Origin: the human T2T-CHM13v2.0 reference genome, Homo sapiens
NCBI RefSeq assembly: GCF_009914755.1
Contig: NC_060931.1
DNA: 64,000 bases
Reading direction: 5' to 3' (one strand)
Every line of letters begins with the position of its first letter. The stretch's first letter is position 1. The position numbers and the translations under genes were made by a program. The notes under the pieces are model-generated. The model was not told where the DNA came from. It was given only the letters and a program-made list of their open reading frames with translations, and did no database searches. This document shows, piece by piece, positions 1 to 16,429 of the stretch.

Positions 1-373
1 GGCCAGAGGTGGATTCAAAGACTCTGATTTGTGATTGGTTAAGGAAGTGAAGCTTTGTCTAAAAACTTGGGGTCAAGCAGAAAGGAATGTTAAGGCCTGG
101 CCTGTGTTTGTGACTTCCTCCAGGCCCTGCAGGAAGAAATTTAGAACAAATAATTGCAGCAAAAGTTCAGTCCTCAGCTCCCCCTATCTGAGATCTATAT
201 ACCAGCAGATCTGTTTGGTGGGGCCTGGGTTTCTTCTTGCTTACCAGGTTGCTCACTTACTTCTCAGGGCTAGCTAGGTGCCTGGAATTTCCTTAAAGGA
301 ACTCAAGATTTTCCTTTATTTCCATCCTTGGGGGGCCCAGCAGGCTTCTAAGAAGGTTCCCTGCTCCTTCTCA
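1..373 (-). mobile_element. ERV1 (MER4-group, LTR48/LTR49/MER49-like) LTR fragment, cut by window edge
   Basis: Collinear similarity to 6270-6690 (e.g. gcaggaagaaatttagaacaa, ggaactcaagattttccttt); subfamily recognised by eye only. Confidence 0.55.
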
Positions 374-435
374 GGGATGAATGCGGTAAACATCTCTCAA
401 GAAGCCTGTCTGCAGTGTGTGCTATCTCACTGTAG

Positions 436-754
<319 letters not shown>

Positions 755-1340
755 TGGCCAACTGTTTTGTTTTGCCTGGGACATCCCTGCTTTTAGCACT
801 GAAAAACCCATCTCCTGGGAAATCCCTCAGTCCTGGGCAAACTGGGATGGTTGATCACCCTTGATACCTGACTTTTTGCCTTGATTTAAAGGGTCAGAGA
901 TGGGGCAGAAAGTACTTAGACAGACACACCCTATATCAGAAAGGAGGCTGCTTTAGCCTCCCAGCACAGTGTATACTCCTTGTAGGGCGCATATATAATA
1001 GAACAAGGAGTTGACTGGCATGTATTCTGCTTTGTGACATTGCTAGTGGTGGTGAAGAAGGGCTCAGCGCAACCAAACCATGCAGAGTTGTTTCAGCTAC
1101 TTTCACAACTCCCTGGGTCAGGGGTTGTATATGACCCTGCTCATGCCTTTCCTGGTAAACCACTAGTACCCTTGCTAATAGCAGCCTCTGAATGTGGGCC
1201 ATTGTGACAGGTCCTCCTACAGGAGACAGGAGTCTAACTTTGGAGAGTCCTAGCGGCAGAGAGCACAAGCTGTGTGCTAGTGGGAAAGTGACCACAGATG
1301 TGATCCAGTGTTTCATCTGCAGACTCTAAATATTTACTGA

Positions 1341-2395
1341 CCTCAAAAGCAAATCCAACAAAAACAAAACTTGACAACTGGGACCTAATTAAACTAAAAA
1401 GCTTCTGCACAGCACAAGAAACTATCAACAGCGTAAACAGACAGCTGACAGAATGGGAGACAATATTTGCAAACTATGCATCTGACAAAGGACTGATATT
1501 CAGATTCTATGTGGAACTTAAACAAATCAACAAGAAAAAACCCCCAGATAAACCCATTAAAAAGGGGGCAAAGGACATAAACAGGAACTTTTTGAAAGAA
1601 GACATACAAGTGGCTAACAAATGTGAAAAAATGCTCAACATCATCAATCATTAGAGAAATGCAAATCAAAACCACTATGAGATACCACAGCACACCAGTA
1701 AGAATGGCTATTAATAAAAAGTCAAAAAACTCCACCAGATAATGGCAAGGTTGTGTAGGAAAAAAAAAAATCCGCTTATACACTGTTGGTGGGAATGTAA
1801 ATTAGTTCAGCCCCTGTGGAAAGCAGTTTGGAGATTAATCAAAGGACTAAAAGTAGAAGTACCTTTTGACCCAGCAATTCCATGACTGGGTATATGCCCA
1901 AAGGAAAATAAATTATTTTACCAAAGGACACCTGCACCTGTATATTCTTCACAGCCATATTCACGATAGCAAAGACCTAGAACCAGCATAGGTGCTCATC
2001 GACAGTAGATTGAATAAAGAAAATGGGATACATGTAAACCATAGAATACAGCCATAAAAAAGCATGAAATCATGTCTGTTGTAGCATCATGGATACAGCT
2101 GAAGGCCATTACCCTAAAGGAATTAATGCAGAAACAGAAAACTGAATGCTGCCTGTTCTCATTTATAAGTGGGAGCTATTCACTGGGTACACATGGACAC
2201 AAAGATGGAATAATGGATGCTGGGGACTCCAAAAGAGGGGAGGGAGAGAGAGGAGAAGGGGTTGCAAAACTACCTATTGGGTACTATATTCACTCTTTGG
2301 GTGACTGGGTCAACAGAAACCCAACTTCAGCATCATGTAATATTCCCATGGAAGAAACCTGCACATGTACCCCCTGAATCTATAATAAAATAAAA
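1341..2395 (+). mobile_element. 5'-truncated L1 (older L1PA/L1PB), ORF2 end plus 3' UTR
   Basis: ORF2 3' motifs (ctaattaaactaaaaagcttctgcacagc), 3' UTR, A-rich tail; TSD taaat(a/g)tttactga at 1327-1340 and 2396-2409. Confidence 0.9.
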
Positions 2396-2422
2396 TAAAT
2401 GTTTACTGATATTATATTAAGT

Positions 2423-2608
2423 CAGGTTCTCAAATATTAGCATACACCAGAATCCCCTGGAGAGCTTGTTGAAACACAGATTCTTGGGCCCCATCTCCAG
2501 AGTTTCTGATTCAATAGAATTGGGAAAGGGTCTGAGAATCTGCATTTCTAACCAGTTCCACATTGATGCCAATGCTGCTAGTCCAGAGACCAAGTTTGAA
2601 AACCACTA
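2423..2608. mobile_element. MER5A hAT-Charlie MITE
   Basis: caggttctcaaa...agaatcccctggagagcttgttgaaacacagatt...tttgaaaaccact matches MER5A layout. Confidence 0.75.
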
Positions 2609-3567
2609 GATTAGGTGCCAGGAACTCTGACATCTCAGGAAAAGCCCAGCAAGGGGGGAAATCATTCCTGTTTTACAGAAAGAATGTATGTCGAGCAAAA
2701 GGGACAAAATGGTTTGCCGAAGTGGCCACCACTAAGTGACAGAGCTGGGGATTTAAATTCCTCTTTTCTGACAGCAACTCCAGGCTCTCTGTCTCCATCT
2801 GGCTTCCTTCCCATTTGAAGGAGAAGCATGCCAGGAATGGTTGTGCTCTTAACTTCCGAAGAAGTCCACATATTCCAGGTCTCTACATTGATTTAATCCA
2901 TTCTTCTCATAGTCTACACTGAACTCCAGGTAGTGAATAAGAAATCAAATTCAAGATTGAGGAGCTTTATCCCTATTGTAAAACATGCAACTTGTCCACT
3001 TTCTGAACTTGGTTTCCTTGACTCTATTTAACACCTCATCCTGTCTCCAATCTGATACCGTTATTTGAATGCAAATTATAGGTCTTTGGGAAAGGTTAGT
3101 GTAGACACATTCTAATTCCTAACAGAGGCTGCCCATGCAGTTTGGAAATCAGTATTTTGTAGAACTCTCTTCGTGCTCTAATGAAGACAGTGTCATGGAG
3201 ATGAAGGCTTTTAGAATCCTGGTATCATGTTACCTGGATTTGAGAATGCTCAATTGGGAAGTACAATTTTACTGACTTTTGGAGTGAAATGTCCTGGGGC
3301 TGGACAGGGCATTAGTAATTAGAATTCATTACTCTTTTTCATAAAGTAGAATTCTCATATTTTTTCTTAGGTAGCTTTTTGTTAAATGAGATTGTACAAG
3401 ACAGAGCCTTGTAAACTGCAAAGCCTCAAAGTATTATTATGACATTAATAATTGCAAATGAATACATTCTGGAATCATTGACCTTAAAAGACATGGGAAG
3501 ATGTATTATTACCTATTGCAAAGAGTTGTTCCTGGAGAGACCCATGAGTCAGATGAGCTAATGAGAT

Positions 3568-4250
<683 letters not shown>

Positions 4251-4360
4251 ATGCTGATAAGCCAGTGTCATGTGCTTGTAAAAAAAAAAAAAAGTGATGG
4301 TAAACAGGAAAAAGAATAGATGTGCTAAGAAAAAAGGCATCTTCTACCAACTGCATTTAA

Positions 4361-4652
<292 letters not shown>

Positions 4653-4709
4653 CATTTAATTTTTTTGATGGAATATCTGTACTGTTGGAATGTGGAACTA
4701 TGGAATATA

Positions 4710-5640
<931 letters not shown>

Positions 5641-5972
5641 ACCCACCAACCTGGGACACATATCAGGAAGAGAGTGCCTGCAGGACCCTTGTTTGGAGTG
5701 TTCTGTAATCTCAGCCTCGAGCCTAGGCTTCCACATTATGAGAAAAAGGCATTCATTCATTCATTCATTCATTCATTCATTCAGCACTTATTCTCTCAAA
5801 AGCACTGGAATGTGTTCAAAGGTGGATCTACTTTGAAGCTGATGAAACTGAAGCTTCAAACTCCTTTCTTGCCTCAGTTTTTCTTCCAGGGTGTTGGGTA
5901 AGCCTCAGCAATGTGTTTGCATTCTCATATGTTTTTCCTAAATTCATAAACCTAATACATTATAACTGTCAT

Positions 5973-6690
5973 TGTTACCGAATCAAACTTGGGTTCCCCC
6001 ACCCAATGCAGCAGAGCCAAACACTGACATGGGGATTTTCAGTGAGAGAAAGCGAAGTGGTTATTGCAGGGTGCCAAGCAAGGAGAAGCAGGTAACTCAT
6101 GCATAAGACCTGAACTCTCTGATGGCTTGCAAGGAGGGGTTTTTAAAGATGGGAAAGCAGAGGTTACAGGCAAAACCATACATCAATGCATGGAGGCTCT
6201 ACATTGGTTTGACCTAAAAAGATGGTACATCTAAAAATGGGGGCATGGGGGCACAGGTAATAGGTGGTTTCTGATTTCAAAGGTTTTCTGATTTGAAATT
6301 GGTTCAGGAGGCAAAGCTTTGTTTAAAAATTAAGGTTCAGTAGAAAACAATGTTAGCTCTGGCCTGTGAGCATGGCTTCCTCCAGGTCCTGCAGGAAGAA
6401 ATTTAGAACAACGGGGGTCAGGGTTCAGGCCTCAGCTTCCCCTCATCTGAGGTCTCTGTGTCAGTGCATCCATTTGTTGAGGGTCTGGGTTTCTGAAAAG
6501 CAACTTGGGGTCATATGTTAAGATGTTATCTTTAGTTTCTATAGGGGACCAAACATCTCTTCACTGTAACTTCCTTGGCTATCATTTTAAGCCACTATTA
6601 CCTTGTTGTTTATCAAGTTGCTCATTTACATCTCAGAGCTGGCTAGGTGCCTAGAATTTCCCTTGAAGGAACTCAAGATTTTCCTTTGGC
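5973..6690 (-). mobile_element. ERV1 (MER4-group, LTR48/LTR49/MER49-like) LTR
   Basis: Begins tgttaccgaatcaaac; same family as 1-373; right end truncated at the Alu. Confidence 0.6.
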
Positions 6691-6694
6691 GGGG

Positions 6695-8190
<1,496 letters not shown>

Positions 8191-8758
8191 TTTTTCCTAT
8201 CTCTCAGAGTCATCAAGACAAAGAGTATTGGAGATTTGTCCTTGTGCAAGAAATGTCTCCAAATCTTACAGTTATCAAATAAATTAACTTTATAAACATA
8301 ATATCACTATTAACAAGTTATAATGCTCAAATAAACATTAGCAAACCCTCAATAATATGAACCTAGTTTTAGTCAGCCATGCTTGCTATCAAAAATGATA
8401 TTACAAATTTAAAAATCATTTCAAAAGGCAATCAAGATTTATGTGGCCAAAAAATTGGAGGTTAAAAATGTATTACAAAGGGGTGTCAGGTAGTTAAGAA
8501 ATAAACATATCTGTTCTTTTCCTGGTTTTGTTATATTTGTCTATTTTTAAAATTTGTAATTGGTAGTGTGCTCTTCCTTCATTCTAAATAAATAATCACT
8601 TTGTACTGAATCTGGTGTTTATAATTTTAGATTATTTTTCTTAAAGAAGGCTTTTCAAATTGTATAAGCTACAGGATCCACAAAACCTACATCCACCCTG
8701 GCTGAGTTTTAGAGAAATTTAAATACAGATGTGGCCAGTGACTGGTGAAGGAGTTTAT

Positions 8759-9243
8759 TGTTGGGAAAAAGCCCTCCAAAATCTGGCCATAAACTGGCCC
8801 CAAAACTGGCCATAAACAAAATCTCTGCAGCACTGTGACATGTTCATGATGGCCATAAAGCCCACACTGGAAGGTTGTGGGTTTACTGGAATGAGGGCAA
8901 GGAGCACCTGGCCTGCCCAGGGCAGAAAGCCACTTAAAGGCATTCTTAAGCCACAAACAATAGCATGAGTGATCTGTGCTTCAAGGATATGCTCCTGCTG
9001 CAGTTAACTGGCCCAACCTATTCCTTTAATTCAGCCCATCCCTTGGTTTCCCATAAGGGATAATTTTAGTTAATCAAATATTTATAGGCTTATGGCTCTG
9101 AAGGCTGTGAGACCCCTGATTTCCCACTTCACACCTCAATATTTCTGTGTGTGTGTCTTTAATTCCTCTAGCGCTGCTGGGTTAGGGTGTGTGTCTTTAA
9201 TTCCTCTAGCGCCGCTGGGTTAGGGTCTCCCTGACTGAGCTGG
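8759..9243 (+). repeat. 5' LTR (MER9), rearranged
   Basis: Homologous to 14296-14812 but lacks ~57 bp including AATAAA, has a ~38-bp tandem duplication and lacks the terminal tctcggca. Confidence 0.92.
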
Positions 9244-9258
9244 CACCCAACGTGGGGC
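9241..9258 (+). promoter_or_regulatory. Primer binding site, tRNA-Lys(CUU) type
   Basis: tggcacccaacgtggggc is one mismatch from TGGCGCCCAACGTGGGGC. Confidence 0.9.
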
Positions 9259-9387
9259 TCGAATCCAGGTTGAAGGGTTGCCAGAGTGACAGTTGGAGAA
9301 TGTGGAAATAGCTGGAGGACACCCGAGTACTCTTAAAGCAATCCCCATGGTGAGTAAGAAGGGGAGCTCAGAAGTGTCAGGGTAACA

Positions 9388-10783
9388 ATGGGACAAGTGT
9401 GGGGTCTGGTTCGTTCCGTGTTGGAACTTTTTCACACTGATAATGAGGAGGAAGGAGAGTATAGTGAAGTAACGGAAGAGGTTACAGAACATGTTTATTT
9501 ACCAGCTAAAGCTAAAGCAGCAAAGGAAGGAGAGGTTCATCTCTACCCTTTTGCACCCCCTCATTATTATTTTGAAGATAAAAACCCTCAAGATCTTTCT
9601 TTTCTGGAGGACACTGGGGGAAAAGTAGTTGCCCCGGTGACTGTTCAACAGCACCTTAAGCGAGCACTCTCAGTTCTATTCAGGCAGGAATTCAGCAAGC
9701 TAGATGAGAGGGTGATTTAGAGGCTTGGCAGTTCCCTGTTAGAATACACCCCCCAGATCAACAGGGAAATAGTATAGCTACATTTGAGCCATTTCCTTTT
9801 AAATTACTCAAAGAATTTAAACAAGCTATAATTCAGTATGGACCAGTTTCTCCTTTTGCAATGGGACTGTTAAGGAATGTTGCTGTTTCTAGTCGGATGA
9901 TTCCTACTGACTGGGACACTCTTACTTGAGCTTGTCTAACTCCTGCTCAGTTCTTACAATTTAAAACTTGGTGGGCAGATGAAGCTTCCATTCAGGCTGC
10001 TCACAATACCCAGGCCCACGCTCAAATTAATATAACTGCAGACCAACTTTTGGGGGTTGGGGCCGGGCTGGTTTAGATGCACAGCTGCTGATGCAGGATG
10101 ATGCCTTAGAACAGCTTAGAGGAGTGTGCGTTAGAGCTTGGGAAAAAATCACTTCAGGTGGGGAACAATACCATTCCTTTAGTGCTATAAAACAGGGACC
10201 AAGAGAACTATACATTGATTTTATAGCTCTGTTACAGGAGTCTCTTAAACAGATAATTGCAGATTCGGCTGCTCAGGATATAGTGTTGCAGTTATTAGCT
10301 TTCGACAATGCTAATCCTGATTGCCAGGCTGCTCTGCAATGTATCAGAGGGAAAGCACATTTAGTTGATTATATCAAGGCCTGTGACGGTATTGGATGTA
10401 ATCTGCATAAAGCTACTCTGCTAGCACAGGCAATGGCAGGACTGAGAGTGGATAAAGGAAATACTCCATTTCCTGGAGCTTGTTTTAACTGTGGGAAGCA
10501 TGGTCATACTAAAAAAGAATGTAGAAAAAAATCAGTGAGTCAGGCCAACAGATAGGGGAAAAAGGAAAACTGCTGATCCTGAAATATGTCCAAATGTAAA
10601 AAAGGAAAACATTGGGCTAATCAATGTCACTCTAAGTTTGATAAAGAAGGGAAACTGATTTCGGGAAATGTCATGAGGGGCCCGTCCTGGGTCCCATTCT
10701 AAACCAGGGCATTTCCAGCTCAGGCCATTCCCTCACCCCTGTACAATGTCTGTCCCCCGCCACAGCCGGTAGTGCCACAGTAG
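9388..10783 (+). pseudogene. gag: HML-3 gag remnant (stops and frameshifts)
   Basis: MGQ myristoylation start; capsid MHR IKQGPRELYIDFI; zinc knuckle CFNCGKHGHTKKEC; ends YNVCPPPQPVVPQ*. Confidence 0.9.
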
Positions 10784-11590
10784 ATTTATGCTGCATGAAA
10801 GTTGTGAGCCTTCTGCCTGGGGAACCCCTGCAAAATGTCCCAACAGGAGTCTGTGGACCCTTGCCAGCAGAGACAATAGGATTACTTTTAGGAAGGTCTA
10901 GTTTAAATTTAAAAGGCATACAAATACATACAGGAGTCATTGATTCAGATTATAATGGGGAAATTCAAATTGTTGTATCTACTTCTGTTCCCTTGCAAGC
11001 AGAGCCAGGAGAGTGTATGGCACAGCTCCTGATTGTGCCATATGTGGGAATGGGAAAAAGTGAAATTAAATGAACAGGAGGATTTGGAAGCACAAATAAA
11101 CAAGGCAAAGCAGCTTATTGGGTAAGTAAAATTACTGATAAATGTCCTACCTGTGAAATAACTATACAGGGAAAGAAATTTAAAAGTATGGTAGATACAG
11201 GAGCAGACATTTCAATCATTTCTTTACAGCACTGGCCGTCTGTGTGGCCAAATCAACCCACTCAATTTAACATAGTTGGAGTTGGTAAAGCCCCTGAAGT
11301 ATATCAAAGTAGTTATATTTTGCATTGTGAAGGGCCCGATGGATAACATGTGACTATTCAACCAATTATAACTTATGTACCTATAAATTTATGGGGAAGA
11401 GATTTATTACAACAATGAGGAGCACAAGTTCTAATTCCAGAACAATTATATAGCCCTCAAAGTAAACATACAATGCATGAAATGGGATATGTCCCTGGTA
11501 TGAGACTAGAAAAAAATTTGCAAGGTTTGAAAGAACCGCTTCAAGCAGAAAAACAAAGTTCCCGCCAAAGATTGGAAATAATTTTTGATG
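10660..11590 (+). pseudogene. pro: HML-3 pro remnant (dUTPase, aspartic protease, G-patch)
   Basis: GRSSLNLKG and GVIDSDYNGEIQI dUTPase motifs; VDTGADISII at ~11190; MGYVPG G-patch; in-frame stops. Confidence 0.9.
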
Positions 11591-13200
11591 GCAGCCATTG
11601 TTAAGCCTCCAGAACCTATACCTTTAAAATGGTTAACAGATAAGCCAATTTGGATAGAACATTGGCTGCTAAGTAAAGAGAAACTGGAGGCTTTAGAGGA
11701 ATTATTTACCGAACAATTAGAAAATGGGCACATAGCTCCAACATTTTCCCCTTGGAATTCTCCAGTTTTCATAATTAAGAAAAAATCACGTAAATGGAGA
11801 ACGTTAACTGACTTAAGAGCCATCAATTCAGTTATATGACCTATGGGAGCATTACAGCCAGGATTGCCTTCTCCTGCTATAATTCCAAAAAATTGGCCTT
11901 TAATAGTCATAGATTTAAAAGACTGTTTCTTTACTATCCCTTTAGCTGAGCAAGACTGTGAATGGTTTGCATTTACAATTCCTGCAGTAAACAACTTGCA
12001 GCCTGCTAAGCATTTTCATTGTTTCACAGATGGGTCTAGTAATGGTAAATCTTCTTATTCTGGCTCGAAAAGTAAAGTTTTCCAGACGTCCTGTACTTCA
12101 GCTCAAAAAGCGGAGCTTGTAATAGTAATTGAGGTATTGACTGCTTTTGATATGTCTATTAATGTGATTTCTGATTCTTCATATGTGGTTCATTCCACAC
12201 AGTTAATTGAAAATGCTCAGTTACAATTTCATACAGATAAACAACTAATAACTTTATTTACCCAATTGCAAACAGCAGTTAGAAGTAGAATGCACCCTTT
12301 TTACGTCACTCACATTAGGGCTCATACACTTCTTCCAGGACCTTTGACTGAAGGGAATCAAATGGCCGATTGCCTAGTTGCTAATGCAGTATCTAATGCT
12401 AGACACTTTCACATGTTAATGCCTGTGGTCTCAAATGCAGATACAGCATTACCTGGAAAGAAGCTAAAGCTATTATCCAGCAATGCCCAACTTGACAAAT
12501 GGTATATTCCTCATCTTTTACAGGAGGAGTTAATCCTAGAGGATTGGAACCTAACTCTATTTGGCAAATGGATGTCACACATATTCCCTCATTTGGGAGA
12601 CTAGCTTATGTACATGTATATGTGGACACCTTTTCTCACTTTGTCTGGGCTACATGCCAAACAGGAGAGTCTTCTGCCTGTGTTAAACATCATCTTTTAC
12701 AGTGTTTTGTGGTGATCAGCATTCCAGTTTCTATTAAAACAGATAATGCCCCAGGCTATACTAGCCAAGCTCTAGCTACATTTTTCTCTATGTGGAATAT
12801 TAAACACATTACTGGTATCCCATACAATTCTCAAGGACAAGCCATAGTGGAAAGATTGAATCTTTCCCTAAAACAGCAGTTGCAAAAGCAGAAAGGGGGA
12901 GACAGAGAATATGGAACCCCGCAGATGCAACTGAATCTAGCATTATTAACTAAATTTTTTGAGCCTGCCCAAAAGGCCAAATGTTATCAGCAGCTGAACA
13001 GCATCTACAGAAACCAGCTGCAAAGACAGAAGCAGAACAACTGATTTGGTGGAGAGATCCAATAACAAAAAGTTGGGAAATAGGTAAAATAATAATTTGG
13101 GGTAGAGGTTATGCTTGTGTTTCTCCAGGCCAAAATCAACAGCCGATTTGGATACCATCAAGACACCTGACACCTTATCATGAGCCAGATTCTGGGAGGA
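11560..13200 (+). pseudogene. pol: HML-3 pol remnant, RT internally deleted
   Basis: [14 protein letters not shown]; [12 protein letters not shown]; RNase [15 protein letters not shown]; integrase WQMDVTH...KTDNAPGY...GQAIVER; no YxDD. Confidence 0.92.
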
Positions 13201-14280
13201 TCCCAAGGACCCCTCAGTTGCAGCCATGGTGAGACTGACACTGAGGAGGACCCCAACTGTCACAAGCAACACCTGTTGAACACAGCCACCCACCTGGGGA
13301 CAGATCAAGAAGCTGTCACAGATGGCAGAAGAAAATGTGAGGAAAGCGGGACAACAAGTCACAATGGGTAATTTAATGGTAGCTATGATAGCAGTTATCA
13401 CCACTGCCATGAGTATTCCTTCAATAAGGGCTGACACAGAGAACAATTATACTTATGGACATATTTATCAATCTTGGCTGGTAATAATGCCTGGATATAT
13501 CACTCTATGACATAGTTACACATGCTTTCTGATCTCAGTATTTACCATAATAAATCTGCTCCTATAATTGAGGCATACTACCCTCAAAAACCTATTTGTA
13601 AACAAAATTGTACCTGGCCAGAAATAATGAACATAGTTGTTTGGGAAGATTGCACTGGAGAACAGGCAGAGGTGCTGCACAACGATTACTATGGAATCAT
13701 TATTAGTTGGTCCCCTAAGGGGATGTTTAGTTTGAATTACACCTCTCAGTCTGCGTGCCATGGCTACTCTATATTTAGCTGGTCTGAACAAAATGGTCAG
13801 ATGGTAGAAATGATAAGAAGTATGGCAAGAGTTCCTATTATCTGGAACCATGGAGGTATAGTGGCACCTCAACCTCAAATGATATGGCCCACTGTAGGAG
13901 CTAAACATTAAGGATTTGTGGAAACTATTAATAGCTCTTAATAAGATCAAAATTTGGGAAAGAGTAAAAAAGCACCTAGAAGTACACTCTACAAACTTGT
14001 TTTTGGATATAGCAAAATTAAAAGAACAAATATTTAAAGCATCCCAGGCACACCTGACTTTAATGCCAAGAACTGGAGTGCTTAAAGGAGCTGCAGACAG
14101 ATTAGCAGCTAGTAACCCATTAAAATGGATAAAAACACTTGGAAGCTCTGTGATTTCAATGATGATTGTGCTTTTAATCTGTGTTGTTTGTCTTTGTATA
14201 GTCTGCAGATGGGGATCCTGACTCCTGCGAGAAGTAGCTCACCATGACAAAGCTGCCTTTGCTTTTATCAATTTGGAAAT
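13200..14280 (+). pseudogene. env: HML-3 env remnant, internally deleted
   Basis: Signal peptide-like MVAMIAVITTAMSIP; TM motifs LDIAKLKEQIFKASQAHL and NPLKWIKTLG; no furin site or fusion peptide seen. Confidence 0.85.
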
Positions 14281-14281
14281 C

Positions 14282-14295
14282 AAAGAAGGGGGACA
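14282..14295 (+). promoter_or_regulatory. Polypurine tract
   Basis: aaagaagggggaca directly before the 3' LTR TG. Confidence 0.85.
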
Positions 14296-14812
14296 TGTTG
14301 GGAACAAGCCCCCCCCCCCCCAATCTGGCCATAAACTGGCCCCAAAACTGTCCATAAACAAAATCTCTGCAGCACTGTGACATGTTCAAGATGGCCATAA
14401 AGCCCATGCTGGAAGGTTATGGGTTTACCGGAATGATGGCAAGGAACACCTGGCCTGCCCAGGGTGGAAAACCACTTAAAGGCATTCTTAAGCCACAAAC
14501 AATAGCATGAGCAATCTGTGCCTTAAGGACATGCTCTGCTGCAGTTAACTAGCCCAACCTATTCCTTTAATTTGGCCCATCCCTTCGTTTCCCATAAGGG
14601 ATACTTTTAGTTAATCGAATATCTATAGAAACAATGCTAATGACTGGCTTGCTGTTAATAAATACATGGGTAAATCTCTGTTTGGGGCTCTCAGCTCTGA
14701 AGGCTGTGAGATCCCTGATTTCCCACTATACACCTCAATATTTCTGTGTGTGTGTCTTTAATTCCTCTAGCGCCACTGGATTAGGGTCTCCCCGTCCGAG
14801 CTGGTCTCGGCA
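14296..14812 (+). repeat. 3' LTR (MER9), complete, 517 bp
   Basis: tgttgggaaca...ggtctcggca; AATAAA retained at ~14657. Confidence 0.95.
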
Positions 14813-14962
14813 GTTTATCATATAGGAGGAGAGATGAGACAAATTCATCCAAGAAGAATGCCTGGCAGGATGTGACAAGTCTCAAGAGAAATGTTAATGA
14901 TTTTGGGGGTTCAGGGGTCTCGGGGGACACCTTCACCAACATCTCAGCTCTCCCTGCCAGCC

Positions 14963-15235
14963 TTTTTTTTTTTTTCTTCTAGAGACAGGCTGGAGTGAAG
15001 TGGTGCAATCATAGCTCACTGTAACCTGAGCTCAAGCAATCCTCTCACCTCAGCCTCCTGAGTAGATGGGATGACAGGTGCACACCACCACACTGGGCTA
15101 ATTTTTATATTTTTTATAGAGAAAGGATCTTGCTATGTTGCCCAGGCTGATCTCAAACTCCTGGCTTCAAGCCCTCTTCCTGCCTTGGCCTCTCAAAGTG
15201 CTGGGATTACAGGCATGAGCCACTGCACCTGGACC
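14963..15235 (-). mobile_element. AluJ-like
   Basis: atcatagctcact and caatcctctcacc J-type diagnostics. Confidence 0.85.
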
Positions 15236-15249
15236 CTTCTTTTTTAAAA

Positions 15250-15565
15250 AAATTTTAGATTCGGGGGTACATCTGCATGTTTATTACATGGGTATATTGC
15301 ATAATGGTAAGCATTAGGCTTCTAGTAAACGTATCACTTAAATATTGAACATTGTACCCAATAGGTAGTTTTTCAACCTCTCCCTCCCTGGCCACTTTGG
15401 GAATCATCAGTGTCTATTATTTTCCATCTTTCTGTCCATGTATACTAAATCTTCACCTCCCACTTATAAGTGAGAACAGCTATCTGCTTCTGAGTTAGTT
15501 CACTTAGGATAATGGCCTCCAGCTCCATCCATGTTCCTGCAAAGGACATGGTTTCATTCATTTTT
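15250..15565 (-). mobile_element. L1 3' end fragment
   Basis: Reverse L1 3' UTR (cccacttataagtgagaac; gcaaaggacatg). Confidence 0.8.
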
Positions 15566-16429
15566 TTGCCAGCCAGACCTTCTTGCATTCTCAATACTCT
15601 TCCTAAAAGGAAGCCTCCTTAAAAAAAAATCACCCTTCCATGTATAAACTACATGCTCAAAATGACACATCCATGTCTCTCTTATGCTGTTTTCCTGGCC
15701 TGTAATGTCCTTCCCCCAAAGGAATGCCCTGAGTCCACAGCAGTGTTACAGAGAGGCAGTGGATTCCATGCTTGAGACCAGGGCTCCCTTCCTCACCAGC
15801 TACATGACCTTGGTTAGCTCATTTGACCTTTCCTCACTTCTAAAGTAGGGACTGAAATACCAACCAATGCCAACCTCAAGCACTATAGAAAGGCACTAAA
15901 TGGGTTCATGCATGTAAAATACTTGTCAACTTTAAAGCTCTGAACAAATGTTACATGTTATTACTACCAATCCTTCAATGCCCAATTCAAATGCTACCAC
16001 CTTTACAGTCTCCCCTCGCCCCCACCCCATCAATCATCCCTTCTTCTGTGCATAATACTTGCTTCTTTGCTGTATTATTATTGTAAAGTCATTTGCTTAT
16101 TTATTCATTCATTCTTTTATTTTATAAATAGAAGACACTTGCTTTCTCTCTCCCTGCATTTTTAAACTGTCTGGGCAGAGACTGTCTTGTTCTTATTTGT
16201 GTCCTCGAGAGTGTGTAGCTCATTATCTTGCACCCTCTAAGGGCTCAGTAATGGCTGTTTTTCAGGGGTGACATATGAGCTGTGCCTTCGAGGTTGGGAG
16301 GATTTAGATTAGGTGTGGATGGGTATTCCCGGGAGATAACGTACAAGTCCTGCTTCCTTCTAGGTGGTAATTCCATCATGGCTGGACATTAGAATCATCT
16401 TGGGGAGCTTTAAAAGACATGGGGGTGGT

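Larger units (their letters stand above)
8759..14812 (+). mobile_element. HERV-K(HML-3)/HERVK9 provirus with MER9 LTRs
   Basis: TG...CA ends, perfect 6-bp TSD GTTTAT (8753-8758, 14813-14818), two homologous LTRs, Lys PBS, polypurine tract, betaretroviral gag-pro-pol-env remnants. Confidence 0.95.

Noticed and set aside
9241-9263. tRNA-Lys-like sequence
   Set aside because: Retroviral PBS, not a tRNA gene
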